Virus record (IMG/VR): IMGVR_UViG_3300017650_000015
Location: 1 to 42,789 of that record
Direction: 5' to 3' (one strand)
Origin: a virus
Lineage: Duplodnaviria; Caudoviricetes
DNA length: 42,789 nucleotides
Part shown: positions 35,013-42,682 of the stretch, in pieces
How positions within the stretch are numbered: position 1 is the first letter of the stretch
Layout of the letters: the number at the start of each line of letters is the position of its first letter
Made by a program: the position numbers and the translations under genes
Notes under the pieces: generated by a model
What the model was told of the DNA's origin: nothing
Database searches by the model: none
Seen by the model: only the letters and a program-made list of their open reading frames with translations

Positions 35013-35025
35013 GGGTGTGGCGACG

Positions 35026-35178
35026 TCAGGTGTGCGCGCCGCTAAAGCGGATGGCGATGGCAGCGAGGAGGGCGACGATGCCGAAGCCGGCCGCCATCGT
35101 GATGAGGAGACCGGCGAGCGCAAGGGCGCATGAGTGCTTAGACCTTGGCACCTCGGGCGGCAGGTAGAGCGGTCCCAT
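35026..35178 (-). CDS. Small membrane protein (50 aa)
   Basis: SD AAGGA; long hydrophobic stretch. Confidence 0.5.
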   Translation of the reverse strand: MGPLYLPPEVPRSKHSCALALAGLLITMAAGFGIVALLAAIAIRFSGAHT

Positions 35179-35308
35179 TGGCGTGATCCTTCGCGGTGGG
35201 CATGGGGATGGGCCGCACTTCCCGGACGTCCACCCCCGGCCCGAAGTGGGCACGGAGGGCTTGGTACTGGGCGGGCGGCAGGAAGACGGTGAGCCTGGGC
35301 TCAGCCAT
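35138..35308 (-). CDS. Hypothetical protein (56 aa, MAEPRLTVFL...)
   Basis: TGATG coupling with the upstream ORF. Confidence 0.5.
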   Translation of the reverse strand: MAEPRLTVFLPPAQYQALRAHFGPGVDVREVRPIPMPTAKDHANGTALPAARGAKV

Positions 35309-35517
35309 CAGTTGACCCAGAGCCGGCGCTTGGCGATGCGGCGGTGGCCCTTCGTGGCGTGGAGGAACAGCAGGTGCGTGCTGTCCGAGCCGATGAGCCG
35401 CATCTTCGGGCTCACCAGAGCGTTCCAGCGCGCGGCCTTCATGGCCTCATAGGTCGTCAGCGGGCGCGGGGCGGCGGCGACTTCATCGGTGATGACGGTG
35501 GTCTCGTTCATGATCAC
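35308..35517 (-). CDS. Hypothetical protein (69 aa)
   Basis: Coupled overlaps at both ends. Confidence 0.6.
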   Translation of the reverse strand: MIMNETTVITDEVAAAPRPLTTYEAMKAARWNALVSPKMRLIGSDSTHLLFLHATKGHRRIAKRRLWVN

Positions 35518-35750
35518 GCGGCCTTCCGGTTGCCGTTGCGGGAGTTGCGGAGGACGAGCGAATAGTCGGCGTAGGGGTAGCCGTGGATGTCCTCCTTCAT
35601 CGTGGTCACGATGTTGTGGCCGCGCTTCTTGAGGTCGTGGATCGTCGCCGCGAGGCGCGTGCCATAGCCGAGCACGAGGGCCTCGCCCTGCGACAGGCTC
35701 TTGCCCGACAGGAGGTGGTTCAGGACTTGGTCGTAGCGGGTCTTGGACAT
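35514..35750 (-). CDS. Winged helix-turn-helix protein (78 aa)
   Basis: VLNHLLSGKSLSQGEA..YG.RLAATIHDLKKRGHNI pattern. Confidence 0.8.
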   Translation of the reverse strand: MSKTRYDQVLNHLLSGKSLSQGEALVLGYGTRLAATIHDLKKRGHNIVTTMKEDIHGYPYADYSLVLRNSRNGNRKAA

Positions 35751-35754
35751 GAGA

Positions 35755-35822
35755 TTTTCCCGGTGGTTGGGTGCGTAAAAACGCGAGCGGCCCCCGCTCC
35801 GGTGGGAGACAGGGGCCGCGTT
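35755..35822 (-). promoter_or_regulatory. Duplicated leader (hairpin plus translation-initiation region), copy A
   Basis: 35766-35793 matches 36697-36724 at 27/28 nt; same stem base, different apex. Confidence 0.7.
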
Positions 35823-35844
35823 CAGTGGGCGGTAGAGGGGTGGG

Positions 35845-36063
35845 CTAGGTCACGAGCCGGTTGATCTTGGAGGCGATGACGTCCGCCTTCAGGGCCTCGT
35901 CGGATGCGGCCTGAGCTGCCAGCCGGATGCGGCCAGCTTCTGCGACCAGTTCCAGAGCGCGGTCGTGCTCGGCGATGGCGTGGGCCTTCAGGTCATCGAC
36001 CATCTTGGTGAGGCTCCCCGTCAGGGAGGCCACGGTCTTGCGGCGGCGGAAGAGCTTGAGCAT
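35845..36063 (-). CDS. T7 gp4.3-like small helical protein (72 aa, MLKLF...)
   Basis: Ala-rich coiled coil of similar size and start to gp4.3; SD AAGGGA. Confidence 0.7.
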   Translation of the reverse strand: MLKLFRRRKTVASLTGSLTKMVDDLKAHAIAEHDRALELVAEAGRIRLAAQAASDEALKADVIASKINRLVT

Positions 36064-36076
36064 GTGCGTGGTTCCC

Positions 36077-36679
36077 TTAGAGGCGGACGGTGAGCGCCGA
36101 CTTGCGCGGCAGGACGGACGAGGCGACAGCCTCGAAGACGACGAAGGTCTCGCCGATGTGCTTCTCGGCCATGATGCGGGAGACGGTCTCGGCCTGATCG
36201 AGCGAGCTGTAGGTCTTCGGCGATGCGCTCGGTGCCGGCTTGCCGTCCTTGAGGACCGCGACGATGAACGTCTTGGTGACCGCAGCGCCGGGGTTGGTTG
36301 CGACCGGAGCGGGCGCCTCGGGGACCAGTTCGAGGTGCTGGGCATCGAACCAGCCGATGGATCCGCTGAGCCAGACCATGTGGCGGTCGACCCTTACGAC
36401 AGTCCGGACGCCCCGCCCGGTGGAGCCATCCTTGTGGCGGACCTTGTCGCCCGGCTTGAACGCCGGCGCGTTTTCGACTTTCTCGAAGCAGTCCCCGCTC
36501 CAGTTGCGGGACACCTTTCCGCTAGCGCCACGGACGCTGATGCGGGCGAAGACGCTGGCCGCTGGGGCCATGACGGTATAGGGGCCGATGCCAGCCTCTT
36601 CTTCGAGGATGCGCTGGTGGCTGGGGACGGTGTCGGGACCGAGCTTGACGGTATCGCCGATCTTGAACTTCGCGATCAT
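36077..36679 (-). CDS. Hypothetical protein (200 aa) with two FKxGDxV (SH3/KOW-like) repeats
   Basis: FKIGDTV and FKPGDKV; first gene after a phage promoter. Confidence 0.75.
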   Translation of the reverse strand: MIAKFKIGDTVKLGPDTVPSHQRILEEEAGIGPYTVMAPAASVFARISVRGASGKVSRNWSGDCFEKVENAPAFKPGDKVRHKDGSTGRGVRTVVRVDRHMVWLSGSIGWFDAQHLELVPEAPAPVATNPGAAVTKTFIVAVLKDGKPAPSASPKTYSSLDQAETVSRIMAEKHIGETFVVFEAVASSVLPRKSALTVRL

Positions 36680-36685
36680 GTTAGG

Positions 36686-36749
36686 TTTTCCCGTGAGTTG
36701 GGTGCGTAGAAACGCGAGCGGCCCACCTCGGGATGAGGCAGGCCGCGTT
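36686..36749 (-). promoter_or_regulatory. Duplicated leader, copy B
   Basis: Matches copy A at 35755-35822. Confidence 0.7.
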
Positions 36750-36757
36750 TGGGTTTG

Positions 36758-36774
36758 CTGGGGTGGGGGGTAAT
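36758..36774 (-). promoter_or_regulatory. Phage RNAP middle promoter
   Basis: ATTACCCCCCACCCCAG followed by CAAACCC. Confidence 0.85.
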
Positions 36775-36788
36775 CCCCTCCCCGGCCG

Positions 36789-37256
36789 TCAGACGTTGGC
36801 GTATTCAGGAATGGCGTCGAAGCACGGGCACTCTTTGATGCGCTCGTTCGGATCGACGCGACCGTTGCCGTTCTTGTCGGGGGAGAAGTCCCGGTGTCCG
36901 AGCACCTTGGCGCCCGGATAGGACGCCTTGAGCTGCTTGATCAGGCACAGCATCGCGGCCTTCTGGGCCGGCGTGCGGGTGTCCTTGGCCTTGCCCTTGG
37001 CGTCCACACCTCCGACGTAGGAGAGCGAGACGGTGGTGGCGTTGTGGTTCTGGACGTGGGCGCCGACCGTATCGACCGGGCGACCGGCCTCGACCGTGCC
37101 GTCCAGGCGGATGATGAAGTGGTAGCCGATGGCGGTGAAGCCCCGCTGCCGGTGCATCTTGTCGATGTCCTTGGCGGTGAACTCCGCGCCCTCGGGGGTG
37201 GCGGTGCAGTGGACGACGATGGCGTCCGTGGTCTTGCGCTTAGCGAACAGGCTCAT
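36789..37256 (-). CDS. N-acetylmuramoyl-L-alanine amidase endolysin (T7 lysozyme gp3.5-like)
   Basis: VHCTAT, IGYHF, GAHV, GHRD, KECPCFD. Confidence 0.96.
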   Translation of the reverse strand: MSLFAKRKTTDAIVVHCTATPEGAEFTAKDIDKMHRQRGFTAIGYHFIIRLDGTVEAGRPVDTVGAHVQNHNATTVSLSYVGGVDAKGKAKDTRTPAQKAAMLCLIKQLKASYPGAKVLGHRDFSPDKNGNGRVDPNERIKECPCFDAIPEYANV

Positions 37257-37665
37257 CGAACCATTCCTTCGGGATGCGCTTGTCCGCGAACTTGAAGCCG
37301 TTCTTGATGCACCAGTCTGCGTAGCTGGTCGGGCTCCCCTTTCGGATGCGCGTTTTGCTGTTGGAGAAGACGAACCGGATGTCGAGTTCGGGGTGCTGAG
37401 CCTTCACGAGGATGTGCTTTTGGCGATCCTCCGTGTCGAACTTGCCCTTGGTCTCGATGATGATCAGGTTCGGGAGGCGGAAGTCTGGGGTATACTTCGA
37501 CTTGCGCTCCGGTCGGACGTACTCGATCTTGAACGTCTCGTATTCAGCTTCAATGCCGGCTTCGGCAATCTGCTTCGCGATGACGTCTTCGAGGCCCGAC
37601 CGGAACCCTTTGGCGATAGCTGCGTCCCTGACCGCCGACTTGCGGGGCGGTGGGAAGCCGGCCAT
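37240..37665 (-). CDS. Endonuclease I / Holliday junction resolvase (gp3-like)
   Basis: FRSGLE, YTPDF, IETKG, DIRFVFS. Confidence 0.97.
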   Translation of the reverse strand: MAGFPPPRKSAVRDAAIAKGFRSGLEDVIAKQIAEAGIEAEYETFKIEYVRPERKSKYTPDFRLPNLIIIETKGKFDTEDRQKHILVKAQHPELDIRFVFSNSKTRIRKGSPTSYADWCIKNGFKFADKRIPKEWFDEPVR

Positions 37666-38411
37666 CAGAAGTCCGCGCTGCCGTCGTCGGTGGCCACGCG
37701 GTCGTCGGCCTCGGTGGCCTCGCCGTCTTCCGATGCCTCGGCACCATCCTCGGGCTCCTCATAGGAGTAGCCTTCCTCCTCGCCGAAGCCGTGGCTCGAC
37801 GCGGTACGCTGACCGCCCTGGACGAGGTCGAGGATCTGGACGCCCTTGAGCGCCAGCTTGAGGCCGGCCGCGCCGGTACCGGGGATGAAGTACGGGCTGG
37901 CCTCGAACGAGACCTTGCCGATGGTGCCGCCCCAAATCTCGGGGGCCTTGCGCATCGCGTTGCCGCGAGCATCGTAGATGTCCGGCTTGCGGTTCCAGCG
38001 CTTCGGCTTGCGGCCTTCCTTCGCGGCCATCTCCTCTTCCTTGCGGGAGATGCCGGACGCCTTCATGGCGAACTTGAACTCGATGAAGCCGGTCGGCTCC
38101 TCGGTCTCCTGATCGTAGAGCGTCGTGAAGAGGTCGTTCGGCTTGACCGCGCCGAGCTTCTTGCGGGTCTCGACCTTGAGCTTCTTGAACTCCTCCTCGG
38201 CACTGGCGATGGCCGCGTCATAGAGCGGCTGCAGCGTGAGCAGGAACTTGTCGGTGACCGGCTCGCCGGCCTTCATCACGCCCTTCAGCGAGAACTCGCC
38301 GTCCGGCTTGGGATAGTCCTTGGAACCGTAATCGACCTTGTCGAGCTTCGGGAACTTGAAGACCAGCCGGGGGCTGGTGAACTTCGGGAGGGATTTGCGG
38401 GCTTCTGCCAT
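37665..38411 (-). CDS. Single-stranded DNA-binding protein (gp2.5-like)
   Basis: IWGGT..K and L.LKGVQILDL motifs; acidic tail ending DF. Confidence 0.94.
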   Translation of the reverse strand: MAEARKSLPKFTSPRLVFKFPKLDKVDYGSKDYPKPDGEFSLKGVMKAGEPVTDKFLLTLQPLYDAAIASAEEEFKKLKVETRKKLGAVKPNDLFTTLYDQETEEPTGFIEFKFAMKASGISRKEEEMAAKEGRKPKRWNRKPDIYDARGNAMRKAPEIWGGTIGKVSFEASPYFIPGTGAAGLKLALKGVQILDLVQGGQRTASSHGFGEEEGYSYEEPEDGAEASEDGEATEADDRVATDDGSADF

Positions 38412-38436
38412 GGGATCTCGCTATGTGCGGAAATGC

Positions 38437-38467
38437 AAAAGGCCCCGGAGGGGTTAGCTCCGGGGCC
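38437..38467 (-). terminator. Hairpin plus short U tract upstream of SSB (terminator or processing site)
   Basis: GGCCCCGGAG-CTAACCC-CTCCGGGGCC-TTTT. Confidence 0.6.
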
Positions 38468-38482
38468 GTGCGTGGGGGGTGT

Positions 38483-38584
38483 TCAGGTGTTGGGGTAGAG
38501 GCGGCGCAGCTCGGCCGCGTATCGCCGCCAGCGCCACTTGATGCGGTGCCAGCGGCGCCAGTTCGGGGAGTTCCAGCGGAGCAT
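38483..38584 (-). CDS. Arg/Trp-rich peptide (33 aa, MLRWNSPNWRRWHRIKWRWRRYAAELRRLYPNT)
   Basis: ATG 4 nt after the upstream stop; fills the gap; absent from the ORF track. Confidence 0.5.
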   Translation of the reverse strand: MLRWNSPNWRRWHRIKWRWRRYAAELRRLYPNT

Positions 38585-38588
38585 TCGA

Positions 38589-38813
38589 TCAGCCCTTCGG
38601 AACCACGGTGGCGAACTTGTAGGAGTGGCCGTACTGCGCCACCTGTCGCGTCCACAGCTCTGCCGCGCGGTCGGCGGCGGCTTGGGTGGAGAACTCGACG
38701 GAGGTCACGACCGCCCCGCTATCCGAAGATGAGGGGATGACGGTCAGGATGAGGACGTGCGGGCGGTCCTCACGGGCCTTGGGGCGCGGTTCGTAGCCTG
38801 CCATGTCAGACAT
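38589..38813 (-). CDS. Hypothetical protein (74 aa)
   Basis: TGATG coupling; SD GGAG. Confidence 0.6.
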   Translation of the reverse strand: MSDMAGYEPRPKAREDRPHVLILTVIPSSSDSGAVVTSVEFSTQAAADRAAELWTRQVAQYGHSYKFATVVPKG

Positions 38814-39022
38814 CAGCAGGGGCACTCCGCGCCGGGCTTGGCGATGATGGTGCCGACCGAGTTGGACAGGAGGTTCCAATAGGCCGGCGACGGGTTCGGA
38901 TTGGGGACAACGATAGGTGTCACGACGGGCACCGAAGAGGAGGTCGAGGAGCATCCCGCCACGATGGCGAGGATGAAGCCGATAACGAGACAAACCATGC
39001 AGAGGTTGATGCGGTCACGCAT
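38813..39022 (-). CDS. Small predicted lipoprotein (69 aa)
   Basis: MRDR, hydrophobic core, lipobox VAG-C; SD GGAG. Confidence 0.65.
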   Translation of the reverse strand: MRDRINLCMVCLVIGFILAIVAGCSSTSSSVPVVTPIVVPNPNPSPAYWNLLSNSVGTIIAKPGAECPC

Positions 39023-39254
39023 TGGACAGCTCCACGGAGCCTTCGAAGTATGCCCAAACAGAGGGGTCGGTTGCCGGCAGAAGACCCTCGTGGTGAACGC
39101 CGACATGGGAGCAGAGGCGTCCGTTTCCACGAACGATCACCGTCCCTGCCGTTTCCGCCGTGAATAGGATAACGGCGTCATTAAGCCTCGCCCTCATGAG
39201 GACCGGGTACGCCAGCGGACGGGGTGTGGATGAAGACTTGACGGACACTTTCAC
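39015..39254 (-). CDS. Hypothetical protein (79 aa)
   Basis: GTGA overlap; SD GGAGG. Confidence 0.65.
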   Translation of the reverse strand: MKVSVKSSSTPRPLAYPVLMRARLNDAVILFTAETAGTVIVRGNGRLCSHVGVHHEGLLPATDPSVWAYFEGSVELSNA

Positions 39255-39403
39255 TGGCGATGCCTCCGCTCCAGCGAGGGCACGTCATAGCCGTCCTGCA
39301 TCAGCTTGGCGGCGAGCGTCAGGGAGATGTTCCGGCCCGACCGCCAGATGGCGATGGCCTCGCCGAGGTGGCTGTCGTAGCGGGGGGTTTCGTTGGTGGT
39401 CAT
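39251..39403 (-). CDS. Hypothetical protein (50 aa, MTTNETPRY...)
   Basis: First ORF after the 39447 promoter; GAGAG upstream. Confidence 0.65.
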   Translation of the reverse strand: MTTNETPRYDSHLGEAIAIWRSGRNISLTLAAKLMQDGYDVPSLERRHRQ

Positions 39404-39446
39404 GGGGTTCTCTCGGTTGTCGAGGGGCGATAGCGCCGTGGGTTTG

Positions 39447-39463
39447 CTGGGGTGGGGGGTAAT
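39447..39463 (-). promoter_or_regulatory. Phage RNAP promoter just downstream of the RNAP gene
   Basis: ATTACCCCCCACCCCAG followed by CAAACCC. Confidence 0.85.
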
Positions 39464-39487
39464 CACCTCCCACCTCGGTGTTTTATC

Positions 39488-39503
39488 CCTAGGGTGCATA
39501 GAT
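39488..39503 (-). promoter_or_regulatory. Operator-like motif TCTATGCACCCTAGGG
   Basis: Recurs near 42566, 6126, 5285 and partially at 6735, always intergenic. Confidence 0.6.
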
Positions 39504-42043
39504 CACATGAAAAAGAACGTGCTCTGGAGCACCAGATTGAGGTCCAGCGCGCCCTTAGGCGGGAGTTCGGGGAGCTGCGTGCCTTCCGGCAACTGCCCCT
39601 GCAGCTCGTCCCGGAAGCGGGCCAGAACGTCGTCCTCATACATGCTTACGAACTCCTCCCTGAGTGCCCTGGCGAGGACCGGGGCGTTGACGGCGTGGGT
39701 GCCATAGCTGTCGTGGATGAAGCTGAACGACCGGATGCCGAGGTCGCGGCAGCGGGCGATGGTGCGGCTCATGTGCGAGCTGTCGAGCGAGTGGACCCAG
39801 TTCGGGCTGATGCCCGAGGCCTGCTTCCGCGTGTCGATCTTGGCCCCGCCATCACCGTCAGCCGCACCCACGGTCAGGCGCAGGCGCACCTTCTCGAAGG
39901 TCAGCTCAAGGCGCTTGACGCTCGGGAGCGTATAGGCCTGATGGACGAGGAACCCGGTCGGCGTGGTCCAGAGGACCGGCAGACCCTGCGAGGCGGCAAT
40001 GCTCGCGGCCGACTGGAGCCAGTTCATGGCCGCAGCCGCAGCCACGACGACCTCCTGCACGGCGTCCCAGATGAGCTTGCCCATATAGTCCGCAGCTTGC
40101 CAGCCGCTGCCCTCGAAGGGGAACTCGGCGGGCTGCTCGCGCTTCCACGGGGCGACCGTGTCCTCGAACACCTGCTCGATGAAGCCGAAGCGACGAGCGC
40201 CATAGGCGAGCGTCATCACCGGCCGCTTGGTCACCTTGCGGTTGACGTGGCCATACCAGCCACGGGCGATGCTGGAGATGGTCGGGCCGTCCACCTCAAT
40301 GGCCTTGCCCTCGGCGTCCTTCCTCTTGAGCTTGATGACGGTGTGGTTGTCGAGGTCGGCCTCGACGCGCTTGGCCACCTTCTCGGCCACGCGGCTGTAG
40401 ACGTCCTGCGGGCGGTCGGCCGGGACGAGGTTGACGGCAGCGCCGCCGATCTCATCGCGAAGGATCGCCGAGAAGTTCTGCAGCCCGTTGCAGGTGCCGT
40501 CCATCTGGACCGGCAGGGAACTCTCGAAGGCATAGCCCTCGGTCTTCCAGCCGAGCCAGTCGAAGCAGAACGCGAGCGCCTGCCACGGCTTCTCGGCATC
40601 GGCCCAGAAGCGGTTCTCGAAGGGGTCACGAGCGGACGCGAGGATGGCTTCCTCGTTGTCCATGATCCACTGGACGCGCTCCTCCACCGAGACCTTGTCC
40701 ACGCCCCACAGGCCGGCGCCATGAATGGCGAGCCACTGGACGCCTTCATCGTCCGTCAGGGGGCAGGCGTTGGCGAACTCGAGAAGCCCGCGCTGGGCGT
40801 CGTTGCCCTGCGGGTGCAGGAACAGGGTGACCGGATAGATGCGGCCACGCCAGTCGAGCTGATGCGGGAAGAAGAACTCCTCCTCGTCCTTGAAGCGGTT
40901 GGCGACCATCAGCATGCGGGTCCACGAGATGCGCTTGCTCTTGGAGGTCGTCACCGTTTCATGGGCGCGGGCGCGCTCCTTCTTCCAGCCCCGGAACTCG
41001 TCGATCTGGGCCGGGTTCATGTCCTCCTCGGTCATGCCTTCGGCCAGCCAGCGGAGACGCTCGGGCATCAGCTCTTCCAGCTTCGCCTGCGTCGGGATCT
41101 TCGCGATGTCGGAGCGCGTCTGCCAGAGGCTCTGCATGACCTCCAGAACGCGCTTGTTGATCGCCCAGGGCGTGTCCTGCAGGGCGTTGATGGCGTCATA
41201 GACCACCGGCATGTCGCGACCGGCCAGCTCGTTCAGGTAGGCCCGGCTGCGGGTCTTGACGAGCGTCAGGCGGCGCACCCTGCCCGACCAGTAGCCGCCC
41301 TCGAAGGGCGTGGTCCACGGCTTCGGCGGGATGACGGTCGGCAGGTAGACCGGGGTCATCCACTCGGCGTTCTTGTTCTCCCTCTCGATCCACTCCAGCG
41401 TCTCGGGCGTGGCCTCGACGTAGTAGGGCGTGTTCGATGCGCCCTCGGAGACGCGCACGATGCGGGCCAGCCCGGTCGCGGCGATGAACAGCTCGATCAT
41501 CTTGGTGCCGACCAGCACCTTGTCGCGGGGCGACCACTCCTCCAGCTCGACGCCCATCTTGCGGGCCGGCCCGAGCATCACGTTGCGGCGGCGGCGCTCG
41601 CTGGACGTCTTCTCGGCGACCCGGTGCATCTTCTTGAAGCCAGCGGGGGCCGCTGCCTCGAACGCACGGAAGTGGATCTCGTCCTCGATCAAGGTGGACA
41701 GGGAGGTGGCAGCAGACGGCAGCTTCTCGCGCCGGCTGATGCTGTCCAGCACCGAGCGCATGGTCAGGTGGGCGACCACGTCAACATCGTCGATCAGCTT
41801 GAGGAACTTGATCGCGCTGTGGCGGACGCCAGCCTTGCCCGAGCTGGCCTCGGCCATGAAGGCCTCGATAGCTGCGACCACGGCGCCGTGGGTGTGTCCC
41901 ATCAGACGGCGGACGGTTTCGGTGCGGCTCTCGTTGCCCTTCTTCTTGGCCTTGTCGAGGGCCTCCTTGAAGCGGGTGATGCCCATAGACCGCATCGCCT
42001 CTTCGAGGTTGAGCTGGTCTTGGAAGCGCGGATGGTCGTTCAT
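39503..42043 (-). CDS. Single-subunit DNA-directed RNA polymerase (gp1-like), 846 aa
   Basis: DWRGRIY, DGTCNGLQ, RKVTKRPVMTLAYG, PNWVHSLD, IHDSYG; SD GAGGA before MNDHP. Confidence 0.99.
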   Translation of the reverse strand: MNDHPRFQDQLNLEEAMRSMGITRFKEALDKAKKKGNESRTETVRRLMGHTHGAVVAAIEAFMAEASSGKAGVRHSAIKFLKLIDDVDVVAHLTMRSVLDSISRREKLPSAATSLSTLIEDEIHFRAFEAAAPAGFKKMHRVAEKTSSERRRRNVMLGPARKMGVELEEWSPRDKVLVGTKMIELFIAATGLARIVRVSEGASNTPYYVEATPETLEWIERENKNAEWMTPVYLPTVIPPKPWTTPFEGGYWSGRVRRLTLVKTRSRAYLNELAGRDMPVVYDAINALQDTPWAINKRVLEVMQSLWQTRSDIAKIPTQAKLEELMPERLRWLAEGMTEEDMNPAQIDEFRGWKKERARAHETVTTSKSKRISWTRMLMVANRFKDEEEFFFPHQLDWRGRIYPVTLFLHPQGNDAQRGLLEFANACPLTDDEGVQWLAIHGAGLWGVDKVSVEERVQWIMDNEEAILASARDPFENRFWADAEKPWQALAFCFDWLGWKTEGYAFESSLPVQMDGTCNGLQNFSAILRDEIGGAAVNLVPADRPQDVYSRVAEKVAKRVEADLDNHTVIKLKRKDAEGKAIEVDGPTISSIARGWYGHVNRKVTKRPVMTLAYGARRFGFIEQVFEDTVAPWKREQPAEFPFEGSGWQAADYMGKLIWDAVQEVVVAAAAAMNWLQSAASIAASQGLPVLWTTPTGFLVHQAYTLPSVKRLELTFEKVRLRLTVGAADGDGGAKIDTRKQASGISPNWVHSLDSSHMSRTIARCRDLGIRSFSFIHDSYGTHAVNAPVLARALREEFVSMYEDDVLARFRDELQGQLPEGTQLPELPPKGALDLNLVLQSTFFFM

Positions 42044-42215
42044 GATTGTCCTCGTCGATGCGTTGGACTGGAGGGTTGCTACCCGAGGTCGGATAGGTGC
42101 AGGCACACCTCTCCCCTCAGGGGCCACTTAGGTGGTCCCTCTAGGGGTTGGTGGGTGGTGGTGGGGATCTCAGGTCAGCCTCAGCTCGACCTCAGTTCCA
42201 CTTAATGGGCCTCTC

Positions 42216-42269
42216 CTGGGGTGGGGGGTATCCCCGGCCAGCGCCTTGTCTGCTGGGGTGGGGGGTAAT
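42216..42269 (-). promoter_or_regulatory. Two tandem phage RNAP promoters upstream of the RNAP gene (42253-42269 and 42216-42232)
   Basis: ATTACCCCCCACCCCAG and GATACCCCCCACCCCAG. Confidence 0.82.
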
Positions 42270-42278
42270 CGCCCTCCC

Positions 42279-42497
42279 CTAGTACGCGGCTCGCTTGAGG
42301 GCCTTGCTCGCGGACCGCAGCGAGCCGCCATAGGCCACCACGTAGGCGATGAGCTTGAGCCGCTTGTACCGGGTCGATCCGCGCTCGGCGGCGTGCAGCA
42401 TCGTGACCACATGGGTCAGTCTGGTGTGGCCGCGACTGGCCACAAGCTCCTCCAGCGGGTGCAGGACGAGGCGGGGACGGGTCAGTGTGGGGGGCAT
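42279..42497 (-). CDS. Small basic protein (72 aa), first gene inside the right att site
   Basis: SD GAGAGGA; follows a sigma70-like promoter. Confidence 0.7.
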   Translation of the reverse strand: MPPTLTRPRLVLHPLEELVASRGHTRLTHVVTMLHAAERGSTRYKRLKLIAYVVAYGGSLRSASKALKRAAY

Positions 42498-42556
42498 TCT
42501 GGTCCTCTCTGGCCACCGGGTGTGGCCGTGGCCGGCTTTCGTGGCCAGCAGATGGG

Positions 42557-42590
42557 GGTATATATCCTAGGGTGCATACTATCAAGTCAA
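42557..42590 (-). promoter_or_regulatory. Host sigma70-like promoter overlapped by the operator motif
   Basis: TTGACTTGATAGTATGCACCCTAGGATATATA; exact hexamer register ambiguous. Confidence 0.6.
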
Positions 42591-42617
42591 AATAAACCCG
42601 GGGTTTCCCTCGGGTTC
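42588..42617 (-). terminator. Terminator just inside the right att site
   Basis: AACCCGAGG-GAAA-CCCCGGGTT-TATTTT. Confidence 0.65.
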
Positions 42618-42666
42618 TTTACTGCTCGCCACCGTTCAAACCTTGGGGTGGGTACTATGCACCATC

Positions 42667-42682
42667 GGAACCTAAATCCAGC
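42667..42682. repeat. Right att core (16 bp)
   Basis: Identical to 108-123. Confidence 0.95.

Larger units (their letters stand above)
108..42682 (-). mobile_element. Complete temperate T7-like (Autographiviridae-type) prophage integrated in host tRNA-Leu(TAG); excised circle would be 42,559 bp
   Basis: 16-bp direct repeats at both ends, tyrosine integrase, single-subunit RNAP, and T7-syntenic replication, head, tail and terminase genes with no obvious frameshifts. Confidence 0.97.

Noticed and set aside
38466-38483. Extra phage promoter AACACCCCCCACGCACG upstream of SSB
   Set aside because: Only the C6-A-C core matches and both ends diverge; possibly a weak site but not supportable
7921-42205. 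Long plus-strand ORFs (e.g. 13545-16067, 26156-28378, 39452-42205)
   Set aside because: Antisense shadows of high-GC minus-strand genes with no protein motifs
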